DNA of 63,952 bases, the filler included, from Candidatus Eiseniibacteriota bacterium (GTDB taxonomy: Bacteria; Orphanbacterota; Orphanbacteria; Orphanbacterales; Orphanbacteraceae), in the NCBI GenBank assembly GCA_043809585.1. It is 4 parts of 4 records of this genome, joined end to end, with 100 filler letters (N's around TTAATTAATTAA, not from the genome) between each part and the next. Parts side by side here need not be neighbours in the genome. Positions count along the whole stretch, not along the records: positions 29,552 to 45,967 come from JBDROZ010000034.1; positions 46,068 to 58,643 come from JBDROZ010000039.1; 2 more parts are not named here. The stretch is one strand, 5' to 3'. Numbering within the stretch: position 1 is the stretch's first letter; each line of letters starts with the position of its first letter. Of the stretch, positions 41,888 to 51,584 are shown in pieces. A model generated the notes under the pieces. It was not told where the DNA came from and ran no database searches. It saw only the letters and a list, made by a program, of their open reading frames with translations. The position numbers were made by a program, and so were the translations under genes.

Positions 41888-43963
41888 TCATCGGATCTCC
41901 CAGGCGACGGAGAGAACCGAGCTCCCGTCATCGAACCCGCGGGCCGCATCGATCCGGACCTGACCCTTCATGCCCGGACCCCGCAGCCGGAGACCCGTTC
42001 CGCCATCGACCTGCCACGGGACTCGGCCTGCCCGCCCCATGTCCCACGGCTTCGCGCCGTCGACGAAGAGAGCCCACCCGACTTGCAGGGGCCCCATTCT
42101 CCATGACCACGCCTGCCTCTCGATCGTCCCGTGGACGAGCGTGCGCCCGAAGACCCGACCCTGAACGACACCCCCGTTCAACAAGGGATGAGCCCGGAGG
42201 AGCGGGGCGCGCCCGTATCCGGTTCCCGCTCCGGACCAGAGAGCCAGGGGAGCTTCCGAAGTCGTGCTTGATATTCCCAAACGGCCTTGCCATGCGTCGC
42301 ATCTCTCCACGCCGTCCGAGCACCATTGGACCGACAGGCCACCGGCTTCGAATGGAGCACCGCCGGCGAGACTGACCCAGCTCGCGACTCGCGCGCCCAG
42401 CGCCAAGCGGTCGCGCGCCCGCCGTATCTCGACGCTCCCTTCCAGGGAAAGATGGGAGCCCCGATCGACCCATTTGTCCAGGGCAGCGCCGATTTCGAAG
42501 CGGAAATCCGGACCGAGCCAGTCGGAAAAGGAAAGAGCCGTGCGTCGGCGTTCCTCTCGGCACACCTCCTCCTGGGTCGTGTCGCTCGATCGGGAAGGAG
42601 CCCCCGCCGCATAGGCCTGTCGTTCCCAGAACCCATCCAAGCGCCAGATCCCGGGCCGGCCGCCGGCTGCCGGAACCGCCAGTGCCAGCGAGACTCGGGG
42701 GCGGTTCCTCCACCACCTCCACCCGGCGGTCCACAGCTCGCCATTCCCGGTGGGGCTCGCCACGTCGAGGGTGATCTCACGCCTGGTGAGAGCCTTGATA
42801 CCCGCGCTCCCGACATCCCGCGGACCATCGAACACAGCGGGACGCTCCAGCAGAGTGACATTCACCTGAGCGTTTCCCTCCGGCAAGGGCCTCAAGCTCA
42901 GCCGGAACTCCGACTGGGCGGGCATTTCGGCCAAGCGCCGGCGCGCCTGACGGAAGGCCCGCGGTGTGAGAAGCCGCCCCGGAGGCAAATTGAGTTGGCC
43001 GGTCACGGCGGAATATCGAATGCGTGTCAAGCCATCGATGCGCGTCAAGTCGGTCCGCGGTTCGGACAAGTGGTTCCAAGCACCGAGCGCCCCCTCCACA
43101 TCCCCCATCAGGAAGCGGCTGCCGGCGAGGAGCCGCCGGGCGTTGGCATCGCACGAGTCAAGAGCCAGTGCGCGCTCCGCCAGTCGGCTCGCGCCCGCCC
43201 AGTCCTCGGCGCGAAACCGCAACCCCGCGAGTTCCCGGAGCGGAGCGGCGGACGCAGGGCACAGTGAATGAGCCGCGAGGAACTCGAGTTCCGCTTCCGC
43301 GTCGTCTCCTTGTTGGGCCCGGAGGATTCCTGCCTCAACCATGGCGCCGCAGCCATCCGGGGTGGCGGAAGATGGAGGCGCGGCCCAGGCGGGATCCGGC
43401 GCGCCCTGCTCCTTGGTTGTGCGCGGAGGAAGGACCAGGAGCGCCCAGCCTCCACCCCCGGACCACGCGGCATCAAACTCCCCCTCGCGAACGGCACGGA
43501 ACGGCCCCACGTTTGGGTCATGGAGAATCACCCATCCGTTGGCCCAAGCCACGAGCACCACGTAGTGATAGGAGTCAGATCCCGCCCGGATCAATGTGAT
43601 GATCGGGCGCCCCCGGGCAAGGTGGCTTTCCACTTCGGCCGGAGTCCCCGGCAGAGGAAGCGCGGTCCACCCCAGAACCTCGACGGCTTTCACGAGGGCG
43701 CCGGTGCGTATGCCGGCCCCCCCCGGCTCAACCAGTGCCGCGAAGTCATCGGCAAGGACGCCGGGCTTCCCCCAGTAACGTAGAACCATGGCGAGAGCGG
43801 CCCCACCGCACAACCCCCCACTCTGGGGGACATACGGGACGTCGAGAAGCTGCACCCTTCCCGGGGCGCTCCTCTCAAACGAGGGCGCCCCGGTGGTTGC
43901 GGCGACGGGCCAAGCAAGAGCGGTCCCCGCCACGCAGACGCCGATGGCACGACACCATCTCAC
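41888..43963 (-). CDS. PA2778-like C39 cysteine peptidase fused to TPR, a POTRA-like segment and an outer-membrane beta-barrel
   Basis: Signal peptide; VPYVPQSGGLCGGAALAMVLRYWG (Q,C), HYVVLV...HDPN (H,D); helical TPR-like region; RIDGLTRIR...VNVTLLERP; amphipathic strands ending RIDAARG...LSVAWEIR. Confidence 0.75.
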   Translation of the reverse strand: MRWCRAIGVCVAGTALAWPVAATTGAPSFERSAPGRVQLLDVPYVPQSGGLCGGAALAMVLRYWGKPGVLADDFAALVEPGGAGIRTGALVKAVEVLGWTALPLPGTPAEVESHLARGRPIITLIRAGSDSYHYVVLVAWANGWVILHDPNVGPFRAVREGEFDAAWSGGGGWALLVLPPRTTKEQGAPDPAWAAPPSSATPDGCGAMVEAGILRAQQGDDAEAELEFLAAHSLCPASAAPLRELAGLRFRAEDWAGASRLAERALALDSCDANARRLLAGSRFLMGDVEGALGAWNHLSEPRTDLTRIDGLTRIRYSAVTGQLNLPPGRLLTPRAFRQARRRLAEMPAQSEFRLSLRPLPEGNAQVNVTLLERPAVFDGPRDVGSAGIKALTRREITLDVASPTGNGELWTAGWRWWRNRPRVSLALAVPAAGGRPGIWRLDGFWERQAYAAGAPSRSSDTTQEEVCREERRRTALSFSDWLGPDFRFEIGAALDKWVDRGSHLSLEGSVEIRRARDRLALGARVASWVSLAGGAPFEAGGLSVQWCSDGVERCDAWQGRLGISSTTSEAPLALWSGAGTGYGRAPLLRAHPLLNGGVVQGRVFGRTLVHGTIERQAWSWRMGPLQVGWALFVDGAKPWDMGRAGRVPWQVDGGTGLRLRGPGMKGQVRIDAARGFDDGSSVLSVAWEIR

Positions 43964-43975
43964 GGGTCGACGGGC

Positions 43976-44377
43976 TCAGTTCAAAACAAGAATGAGAATC
44001 AAGAGAATAATGATGACCGCAGTCGCCGACAGGACGATCGTTCCATCTCCTCCGACGAGGCCGGCGTTGACTTCTCTCGCCTGCGCGGCCAACTTCTCGA
44101 GTGTGGGTCCCGACAGGACCGAGACGGCGGCGCTGGCCCGCTCGAGATCCAAGCCGGCAGACCCGGCGACCTGGCGGACCTCCGTCCGCTGCAGCATGAC
44201 CTGAATCGCCTGCCGGTCGGCGTCGGCCTGGTTGATTTGCTGATCGATCCTGGCCTGGATCTCGCTCTCGCCAACCACGTGACGTTGTGGCTCATCGGCC
44301 AAGCTGACTCCCACCGTGCCGACAGCGATCACGACCACGGAGAAGGCAACCAAGGCGATTTTCTTGTGCACTGTCAT
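43976..44377 (-). CDS. PA2779-like small secreted protein with Gly-Gly motif and hydrophobic C-terminal tail
   Basis: Signal peptide; DRQAIQVMLQRTEVRQVAGSAGLDLERASAAVSVLS...LEKLA; VGG then DGTIVLSATAVIIILLILILVLN; AGGAG RBS. Confidence 0.8.
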   Translation of the reverse strand: MTVHKKIALVAFSVVVIAVGTVGVSLADEPQRHVVGESEIQARIDQQINQADADRQAIQVMLQRTEVRQVAGSAGLDLERASAAVSVLSGPTLEKLAAQAREVNAGLVGGDGTIVLSATAVIIILLILILVLN

Positions 44378-44495
44378 GACATGCTCCTGTTCAAGTAGCG
44401 GACCCAAAGATCACCCCAGCGGGCTATCTCCGGATACCTCTGGAGGGTGCGATCCGGTCCGCTTTGGGCCGGCACCCACCATGTCGATTGGACTC

Positions 44496-44539
44496 GCAAC
44501 GAACGTGCCGCTCCGGAGTCTTTACTTAACTACTTGATT
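44496..44539 (-). promoter_or_regulatory. sigma54 promoter with upstream IHF site for the PA2779/PA2778-like pair
   Basis: Minus strand CGGCACGTTCGTTGC (44510-44496) and AATCAAGTAGTTA (44539-44527), a match to WATCAAN4TTR. Confidence 0.7.
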
Positions 44540-44694
44540 GGATGTCACATGCAGCGATAGATGCCGGGAGGCCCTCGACCAATTCGATCAAATTGACGGC
44601 CCATCAACCATTATGAGGGAACGATTCGGGTTTTCTTTGAATTCCGGTGACAGGCTACCGGGGCCCGTCCCGAATCTTGTGGAAAAAGGGAAGT

Positions 44695-44890
44695 TGAACC
44701 GCCCCGGCTTTCCCAGAGGCTCCGTTTCATGAGAGGATGGAGTCATAGGAAGAAGCAGTAAGTATTCACCTGAAGTACGGGAACGGGCGGTTCGAATGGT
44801 TCTGGAGCGCACGGCGGAGTATGACTCGCAGTGGGCCGCGATCCTCTCGATCGCCGGGAAGATCGGATGCTCCCGGAGACGCTTCGTGCG
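44695..44890 (+). mobile_element. IS3-family (IS51 group) left-end remnant
   Basis: IRL TGAACCGCCCCGG; Orf[21 protein letters not shown]...[18 protein letters not shown] with start mutated to ATA, frameshifted and truncated. Confidence 0.85.
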
Positions 44891-44938
44891 AACGTACGAG
44901 GGCTCAATTGCAGGGCTCCATCTGAGCTGGATAGAGCG

Positions 44939-45423
44939 CTACCCCTCCCTCCACCTCGGCCTGTCGAGGCTCCGGTACTGGATCGCTTCGGCGACGTGGG
45001 GCGCGGCGATGTCGTCGCTCCGGGCGAGGTCGGCGATGGCGTAGGCGCGACGCGGAGGATCCGGTCGTGGGCCCGCGCCGAGAGGCCGAGCTTCTCGATG
45101 GCGGCGCGGAGGAGCAGCCGGCAGTCGTCGTCCGGCGCGGCGTATGGTCGGATTTCGCGAGAGTCCATCCGGGCGTTCGTGAAGATCTCCGGGTACTTCG
45201 CGAACCGCCCGGCTTGGATCTCCCGCGCTTGCATCACACGCTCACGCACCGGTTCTGACGCTTCGCCCGGCTCGATCTTGGCGAGGTCTTTGTACGGCAC
45301 GCGCGGCACCTCGACGTGAATGTCGATCCGGTCCATCAAAGGTCCCGACACGCGGCCGACGTAGCGGGCGACCTGCGCGGACGAGCACGTGCAGCGTTCC
45401 TCGCCATGATAGCCGCAGGGACA
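44939..45423 (-). pseudogene. comM: comM/YifB 3' fragment, copy 2, complete to stop but frameshifted
   Basis: [40 protein letters not shown]...LGLSARAHDRILRVA(fs)[26 protein letters not shown]. Confidence 0.88.
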
Positions 45424-45431
45424 CCGTTGCG

Positions 45432-45752
45432 TTGCCTTTTACCGGTTTGCGGCTCCGAGCACCAAAACTCCTTGATCCGGCCTATCCTAGAGAACTCAAG
45501 ACCTTGGGGGACCATCTCCGAAAGCGGCGGATGGACCTCGGGCTCCTCCAGAGGGAGGTCGCGGAGCGTCTCGGGGTGGCGAAAGACACCTATCGGTTCT
45601 GGGAATGCAACCGGGCCCGTCCGTTGCCTCGGCAGTGGGAGGGGATCATCAGGTTCTTGGGGTATCGACCGTCCTCATTGGGGGACAGCCTGATCAGGAA
45701 GTCAACGGATCGGACTTCCCGCCAGACGAGGATCCTCCCGCCTCTCCCGTAG
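45432..45752 (+). CDS. XRE-family HTH regulator abutting the comM junction (start uncertain)
   Basis: YPRELKTLGDHLRKRRMDLGLLQREVAERLGVAKDTYRFWECNRARP. Confidence 0.75.
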   Translation: MPFTGLRLRAPKLLDPAYPRELKTLGDHLRKRRMDLGLLQREVAERLGVAKDTYRFWECNRARPLPRQWEGIIRFLGYRPSSLGDSLIRKSTDRTSRQTRILPPLP

Positions 45753-45967
45753 CTCCTCAGCGCGGGCCACAGAGCGATTCGGGGACGGACGCGATGGAAC
45801 ACGGCGCGCGGCTAACCCGGGGCCCTAAGCCCAGATCCACGGGTAAGCGGCACGAAATCGTCTTGGGAATGGTGAGAAGAACGTGAAGAAGCGCTCCGAA
45901 TCTGGTAGAACGGGAGTTGAAGCACCAACCGATACCACCAGACAGGAGCGCTTACCAGGTGAAGATC

Positions 45968-46067
45968 NNNNNNNNNNNNNNNNNNNNNNNNNNNNNNNNN
46001 NNNNNNNNNNNTTAATTAATTAANNNNNNNNNNNNNNNNNNNNNNNNNNNNNNNNNNNNNNNNNNNN
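45968..46067. other. Artificial contig linker
   Basis: 100 nt of N with TTAATTAATTAA. Confidence 0.99.
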
Positions 46068-46137
46068 TAATGGCGGGCAGGATGAGGAGGAGAAGGGCGC
46101 CCATCAGGCCGTATCGATGTCGTTTGTGTAAATTCAT
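46068..46137 (-). CDS. 5' end of a secreted protein (signal peptide only; truncated by contig edge)
   Basis: MNLHKRHRYGLMGALLLLILPAI: basic n-region and hydrophobic h-region. Confidence 0.5.
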
Positions 46138-46348
46138 CGGGTCCGTATCTTTATTCTTTCCGGGAGAACAGGTCCGGGCGGAGAAAGCGGTTCCGTCGCG
46201 AGGGCGAGGGACATGTGACGAGAGGCCCCCGTTGGACAAACCGCTCGCGGAGGCGGGGCCTTCGCCCCGTCGAGCAAGCGGTGTAGGAAACGGGGCCTCG
46301 CAGTCCATGTACCTCGGCCGCAGCAGGAAACGTTTTCGCCGCCCGGAC

Positions 46349-47320
46349 CTAGTACTGGAACCCGAGGGCGAACCGATTCACCCGGGGCAGGTCCTCCGCC
46401 TGGGGAACAGAGGCCCAGTCGAAGCGGAGACCGATCGACTTGACCACGAGGCCGAGGCCGAAGGTCATGTCCGTGATCCGGCCCTCGTTGTCGTAGATAT
46501 AACCGATCCGGCCCGCGGCCATGTCGTAGTAGACGTACTCGGCGCCCCCCTTCAGGATCACTTCCCCCCCGGAGTAGACGAGGTTCTTGGTCAGTTCTCC
46601 GACGAGAAGCAGCTTGTTCAGCTGGGTGTCGATCGGCTTCCACGCCGCCCCGGTCTTCACGTTCCGGGGGAGCGACTCCGGCTGGTTCTGGTCGTTGTAG
46701 ACGATGTCCAGTCCGAGGTTCTGAACGAGAATGCCGAACTGGAGGCCGAGGCCCGGCAGGCGATACATCATCGAGAGATCGCCGCCGAAGGAGATGCCGG
46801 TGCCGTCGTCGATGCCGAGCTCCCGGATCTGGGGCGAGAGCTTGGAGTAGATGAACTTGAAGGTCGCCCCGTACGCCAGGTTGTCCGACAGGCCCGCCCC
46901 GTAGGAGACCTGGGGAATGAAGTCGAAGGAGCTGAACTGGCCGATCTGCTCCCCTTCCTCGGTGATGATGTCCGACTCGCCGAGATCGAGGTAGATCACG
47001 CTGAGTCCGACGCCGCCCCCCCACATCGGCTTCGAGTAGGCGAGGAAGTTGTAGGAAATGTCGTCCGCGAGCCCTTCGGCCAGTTTCGAGTACATGAGCA
47101 CGATGTCGGGGCGGTCTTGCCAGGCGAGACCGCTCGGGTTCCAGAAGGACGCGGTGGCGTCGTCGGCGATGGCGACGAAAGACTGTCCCATGCCGGCCGC
47201 CCGGGCGTTCGGCGTCATCAGGGGCGCGATCGACTGGGGGGCGCCGTCGGAAACGGCGAAGACCTGCGGCGCCAGTACGAAAACGGCCGCCGCCGCGAGG
47301 ACCAAGCTCCTTTGCTTCAT
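46349..47320 (-). CDS. porV: T9SS shuttle PorV-family outer-membrane barrel
   Basis: PNARAAGMGQSFVAIADDATASFWNPSGLA; YLDLGE; ESLPRN; RFALGFQY terminus; directly downstream of porU as in Bacteroidota. Confidence 0.85.
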   Translation of the reverse strand: MKQRSLVLAAAAVFVLAPQVFAVSDGAPQSIAPLMTPNARAAGMGQSFVAIADDATASFWNPSGLAWQDRPDIVLMYSKLAEGLADDISYNFLAYSKPMWGGGVGLSVIYLDLGESDIITEEGEQIGQFSSFDFIPQVSYGAGLSDNLAYGATFKFIYSKLSPQIRELGIDDGTGISFGGDLSMMYRLPGLGLQFGILVQNLGLDIVYNDQNQPESLPRNVKTGAAWKPIDTQLNKLLLVGELTKNLVYSGGEVILKGGAEYVYYDMAAGRIGYIYDNEGRITDMTFGLGLVVKSIGLRFDWASVPQAEDLPRVNRFALGFQY

Positions 47321-47408
47321 CTTCTTTTACTCCTCTCGAGTTCTATCTCGTCCAACGATGGATAATAAACACAACTTCTCGGCTTCCGCGATCGGGGGCT
47401 TCATCCCT

Positions 47409-50400
47409 CTAGCCCCCCCCACGCAGGATGACCGTCTTTCCGATCTCCTCCACCCTCGCGGAGCCGTCGTCCGACTCCGCGACGACCCGGACCAGGTAGA
47501 CGCCGTTCGCCACGTCGTCCCCATCCTGGTCCCGGCCGTCCCAAGGGTACCGGATCGAGAGGCCCCGCTCCATGGTGCTCGTTTCGATCTCCCTGATCCT
47601 CTTCCCCGTGAGGGTGAGGATGCGGATCGTCACCCGGGCGGGGCTCGTCAGGTCGACCAGGATTACGGTCTCCCCGTCGGCGTCCGGATCGAAGGGGTTG
47701 GGGTAGTTCAGGACCGGCGACCGAAAGGCGAGGGCCCCCGCCTCGTTCACGATGAACACCTGGAAGTCGAGCTCCGTCCGGTTGTTCAGATTGTCCGCCG
47801 CACGGAAGGCGAGTTCGTGGCTCCCCTCGTGGAGAAAGACCCCGGTAAGATCGGAGAGTTTGAAGGAGAAGCTCCCTTTCTGGAAGGAGTTCCGGTCGTA
47901 CCGGAAGAGCGGGGTCAGGTCGATAGGCCGACCCCGGTCGAAAACGAGGTGGATCGAGAAGAAGTCGTCGTTCTGCTGGAGGTTGATCCCGCTCTCGTCT
48001 TCCAGCTCGACGTGGAAGAGCGCGTTTTTGTCGAAGGACATCCCGCTCCGGACGAGGGCGCCGTTCACGGTGAAACGGACCGCCGGGCCCTCCACGTCGT
48101 CCCACGACGTACCGGGGGGCTCCGCGATCACCCGGACCGAGTCGTCCCCCCCCGATCCGTCCCGGGACGCCCCGGAATCGAGCAGGTAGACGCCTGCCCG
48201 TCCCAGATCGCCCACCCGGGTGTCCCGGGGAACGAAGAAGGGGGCGACGAAGCTCCCCCCCGAGACATCCACGGTCCCCCGGAAGAAGGTCGGGCCGTTC
48301 AGGGCGTACTTGGACTTCCGGACCTTGGGGTTTGCGGAGCCGACGCAGGCCGAATCGAGGAAGCTGTATCCGAGGGTGTCCGCCATTCCGAAAACCGCGA
48401 CTTCCGCCTCCCCATCGAACCAGGACGCCACGGCGCCCGAGCCGTCCAGGACCTCCCCGTAGAGGGTGTCCGCCCGGCCCCGCTGGAAGGAGATTTCGCC
48501 CCCCTGCTGAAGACGGACGTCCAGTTCCGGCACTCCGAGCATCAGGGCCGGATCGCCGAGAATCGTGTACTTCTCGTCGTTGATCTTTCGCCCCCCCCGA
48601 GAGGCGCCCGATTCGACCTTGGCCGCCACGGCGGCGAGACCGATCGGGAGGACCTCGTGTGAACTGTCGAAGAGATTCTCGAAGAAAGCGGTTCCGAGTT
48701 CCCGGCTCACCGAGGAGAAGGCGGGGGCGTCGGAAGAGAACGACGCGATGGCGCCTCCGTTCTGCATCTTGATCAGGATCTCGGCGATCGAGTTCTGCTC
48801 CTGCAGATCCCAGCTTCCGATGGAGCAGGAGAAGGCGGAGAAAATATGCTGGCGCCTGCCGTTGTTCACGGTTTCCGGCTTGACGTCGGAGATCACGAGG
48901 ACCTCTTCGTCCGCCATCTTGTCGAAGCCGCCGTGGCCGAAATAGGTCGAGAGCAGGTAGCCCTCCGACATCCGGCCGAGGTAGTCCGCCTTCGCGAGCG
49001 GCTTCAGGAAGGTGGACGTAAGAGGGTATTCGACCATGTAGACCTTCTCGGGGGTGTACGCCTCCGGGACGAAGCCCGCCACGGCCTCCGTGTCGTCCGT
49101 GTGGGAGAGGAGGAACGTGCAGTCGTATCCGCCCGTCCCCCCCCGCTTGATCTCGTCGTCCGCCAGGAAGAGGAACCGGCTCCGCCAGGGACCGAGTTCG
49201 GGATCGCTCTCGTAGGCGACCACCTTGCGGGCCATGACGTTCGCCTCCGCGGCGGAATTGACCGGAAACCGGCCGACGGCGATGTCCGGCGCCCAGTCCC
49301 GGCTCCCCTCGAAGGGATCGAGGTACGCGAAGAAGTCGTCCGTGGCGTAGGTGTTCGTCTCGTTCCCGCCCGGATCGACCCGGAAGAGGGTCGGGATCAG
49401 CGTCTTGAGAGGCGCGGTCGCCTGGGTCCCCTTGAAGTCGGACGTGGCGTCACCGACCACGAGGACGAATACCGGCCGGCTCTCCGCCGGCCACTGGTGG
49501 TACGCGTAGGAGAGGTAGTCGCGGAGAGCGACTCCGTCCCGCACGCCCCAGGAAAACTCGTTCCAGATGTCGGATATCTTCACGATCTTCGTGCTGTAAT
49601 CCCGGGAGCGGTGGCCGAGGAGGGGAAGCACGGCGTTCTGGAACTCGTCGTAGACGACAAGCAGATACTCCGCCGCGTTCGACGGGTCCCGGAGGTTGGC
49701 CGGCGAGTAAGTCCCGATCGACGCGGGTGTCTTCCAGGCCGAATCGGCGAGGGCGTAGTACGTTCTCGCCCCCCCCGGAGAGACCCACACGACGGAGCTG
49801 TCGCCCGAGGAGGCGGCGCCGGTCAGCTCCCTCACGCCGAAGGGGTCGGTGACGTCGAAGAACCGGGACGCGGACGGGGCGAGCCCGGAGACGGGCACCC
49901 GGTAGTCCCCCGGCCCGGTGAGACGGAAGGGGAGTTCCCCGTCCAGGGCCCGGAAGAACCGCCGGTACCCGATCTCGATCCAGGAGAGGTACACCTTTTG
50001 GCGGTTCGCGGCGACCATGTTCACCAGGTTCCAGCCGCCGGCGGCGTAGAGGCCCTCGACGAGCTTCACCGTCATCGACGTGTCTTCCTCGCTCAGGTAG
50101 TCATGGTGCGTGATGTGGGGGCCGATGCACACCTCCCGGCCATTGTCGTCGATGAATGTGCTGTCGCACGCCCGCTGGCAGCTGTCCCACCGGTGGGGGC
50201 CGGACTGACCGCCCGTGTTGATCTTCACCCGGACCACCTCGGTTCCGCAGGAGTTGAGGGGGTCCTCGTAGTGAAAGAACCGGACCGTCAGATCACCCGG
50301 GAGGCTGGTGTCCGCGTCGGCGATCTTGACGTAGAAGCTCTTGTCGTTCTCGGACGGGGAGTACTTGTCCCAGAACCACCCGTCGTCGCCGACCCGGGTG

Positions 50401-51584
50401 AGGTCCCGGATCAGATTCTGTTCCTCGTGGTGCCGGTCGTAGAACGTGGCCGGGGTCGACGGGTCCGGCCCCGACGCCGCCGGTCCCGCATCGACCGACG
50501 CCATCCGATTCGGCGTCCCCTCGAACGAACCGCCCCAGGTGATCCAGTAGGCGTTCCGCCAGGCGTAGGGATGGGCGACGTGCTCGTAGTAGACGGCCCT
50601 GTCGGGCACGAATTCGCCGGCCCATCCTTCCACGGGAAGGCCGAAAAACTCGATCCGGTCGCCGGGATCGAAGGCCCCGTCCTCCTCGCCCGTCACCCGA
50701 ATCGCCAGCTCGGTCATCCATTCGGGACGAGGCTTGGTCTCCTCCTCGGGAAGGGGGAGGCCGGAGCCGGAAAAGAGGCGGATGGTCCGGGCATCGCCGA
50801 TGGAGGACCGGGGATCGAGAAGCCCGGCGGCCACGAGGTCGTCGTACCCGACCGCGTAGAAGCCGCGCTCCTCGATCTCGAGCTTCACCCAGTTATCGCT
50901 GGAGGCGAAGGAGTCCGCGGCGGTCGCCTTTCGCGGAGTCCCCCGTCGCTCCCGCCACGCCGAGGCGGTTCGATGGTTCAGAAGCGCCTTCCGGTAGACG
51001 CTCTCGAAGGCGTCCGGCGCGGCCGGGATGGCGGGCGCCCTGCGCGCCCCCTCGAACCGGATCCGGATCTCCCCGCTCCGGAGGATTTCGGTGACGCCGC
51101 TCCGGCCGTCGTACCGGACCGGCTGGATCGCCACGGAGACGACCTCCTGGTCCCGCATCCGCCCGGGGGCGGAGATCTTCACCCACTCCTCGGGGAAGAC
51201 CCCGGCGAACCGGGCTTCGTCCCGTAGAAAAGTCGCTTTCCCCTCCCGGTCGAGGGAAGGGACGGGAGCGACGGCGTACTCGGTCGTCTTCTCGATCCGG
51301 GGCGCGATCAGCTCCGCCGAAACGGTCGCGCCGGGAGGAAGACCGAGGGCGAAGTGAAGGATCGGCACCGCCGGGACCCCCGCGGCCGCCGGAAGGGAGA
51401 ATCCCGGGGCCCGAAGCATCTCCCCTTCCTCCCCGGCCGTCTCCGAAAGGAGATCGGGAAGGGTGAACCGGAGCAGGACCCCCCACTCCCCTTCATCGAC
51501 GACATCGACGCCCGCGAGGAGCGGGAGCGCCCCGACGAGGAGGAGGGCCGGCGGGGCGGCGAGCCGTATCGCCCGGCCGATCAC
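47409..51584 (-). CDS. porU: T9SS sortase PorU (C25 gingipain-family peptidase) with propeptide and CTD
   Basis: GTG overlapping the upstream stop; WVKLEIEERGFY, IWNEFSWG..D..A.RDYL, VGDATSDFKG, TDDFF, GRFPV, catalytic GHGG and SCSIG, LGDPAL, DESGINL, NYPNPF...WDGRD..GD.VANGVY. Confidence 0.88.
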   Translation of the reverse strand: MIGRAIRLAAPPALLLVGALPLLAGVDVVDEGEWGVLLRFTLPDLLSETAGEEGEMLRAPGFSLPAAAGVPAVPILHFALGLPPGATVSAELIAPRIEKTTEYAVAPVPSLDREGKATFLRDEARFAGVFPEEWVKISAPGRMRDQEVVSVAIQPVRYDGRSGVTEILRSGEIRIRFEGARRAPAIPAAPDAFESVYRKALLNHRTASAWRERRGTPRKATAADSFASSDNWVKLEIEERGFYAVGYDDLVAAGLLDPRSSIGDARTIRLFSGSGLPLPEEETKPRPEWMTELAIRVTGEEDGAFDPGDRIEFFGLPVEGWAGEFVPDRAVYYEHVAHPYAWRNAYWITWGGSFEGTPNRMASVDAGPAASGPDPSTPATFYDRHHEEQNLIRDLTRVGDDGWFWDKYSPSENDKSFYVKIADADTSLPGDLTVRFFHYEDPLNSCGTEVVRVKINTGGQSGPHRWDSCQRACDSTFIDDNGREVCIGPHITHHDYLSEEDTSMTVKLVEGLYAAGGWNLVNMVAANRQKVYLSWIEIGYRRFFRALDGELPFRLTGPGDYRVPVSGLAPSASRFFDVTDPFGVRELTGAASSGDSSVVWVSPGGARTYYALADSAWKTPASIGTYSPANLRDPSNAAEYLLVVYDEFQNAVLPLLGHRSRDYSTKIVKISDIWNEFSWGVRDGVALRDYLSYAYHQWPAESRPVFVLVVGDATSDFKGTQATAPLKTLIPTLFRVDPGGNETNTYATDDFFAYLDPFEGSRDWAPDIAVGRFPVNSAAEANVMARKVVAYESDPELGPWRSRFLFLADDEIKRGGTGGYDCTFLLSHTDDTEAVAGFVPEAYTPEKVYMVEYPLTSTFLKPLAKADYLGRMSEGYLLSTYFGHGGFDKMADEEVLVISDVKPETVNNGRRQHIFSAFSCSIGSWDLQEQNSIAEILIKMQNGGAIASFSSDAPAFSSVSRELGTAFFENLFDSSHEVLPIGLAAVAAKVESGASRGGRKINDEKYTILGDPALMLGVPELDVRLQQGGEISFQRGRADTLYGEVLDGSGAVASWFDGEAEVAVFGMADTLGYSFLDSACVGSANPKVRKSKYALNGPTFFRGTVDVSGGSFVAPFFVPRDTRVGDLGRAGVYLLDSGASRDGSGGDDSVRVIAEPPGTSWDDVEGPAVRFTVNGALVRSGMSFDKNALFHVELEDESGINLQQNDDFFSIHLVFDRGRPIDLTPLFRYDRNSFQKGSFSFKLSDLTGVFLHEGSHELAFRAADNLNNRTELDFQVFIVNEAGALAFRSPVLNYPNPFDPDADGETVILVDLTSPARVTIRILTLTGKRIREIETSTMERGLSIRYPWDGRDQDGDDVANGVYLVRVVAESDDGSARVEEIGKTVILRGGG

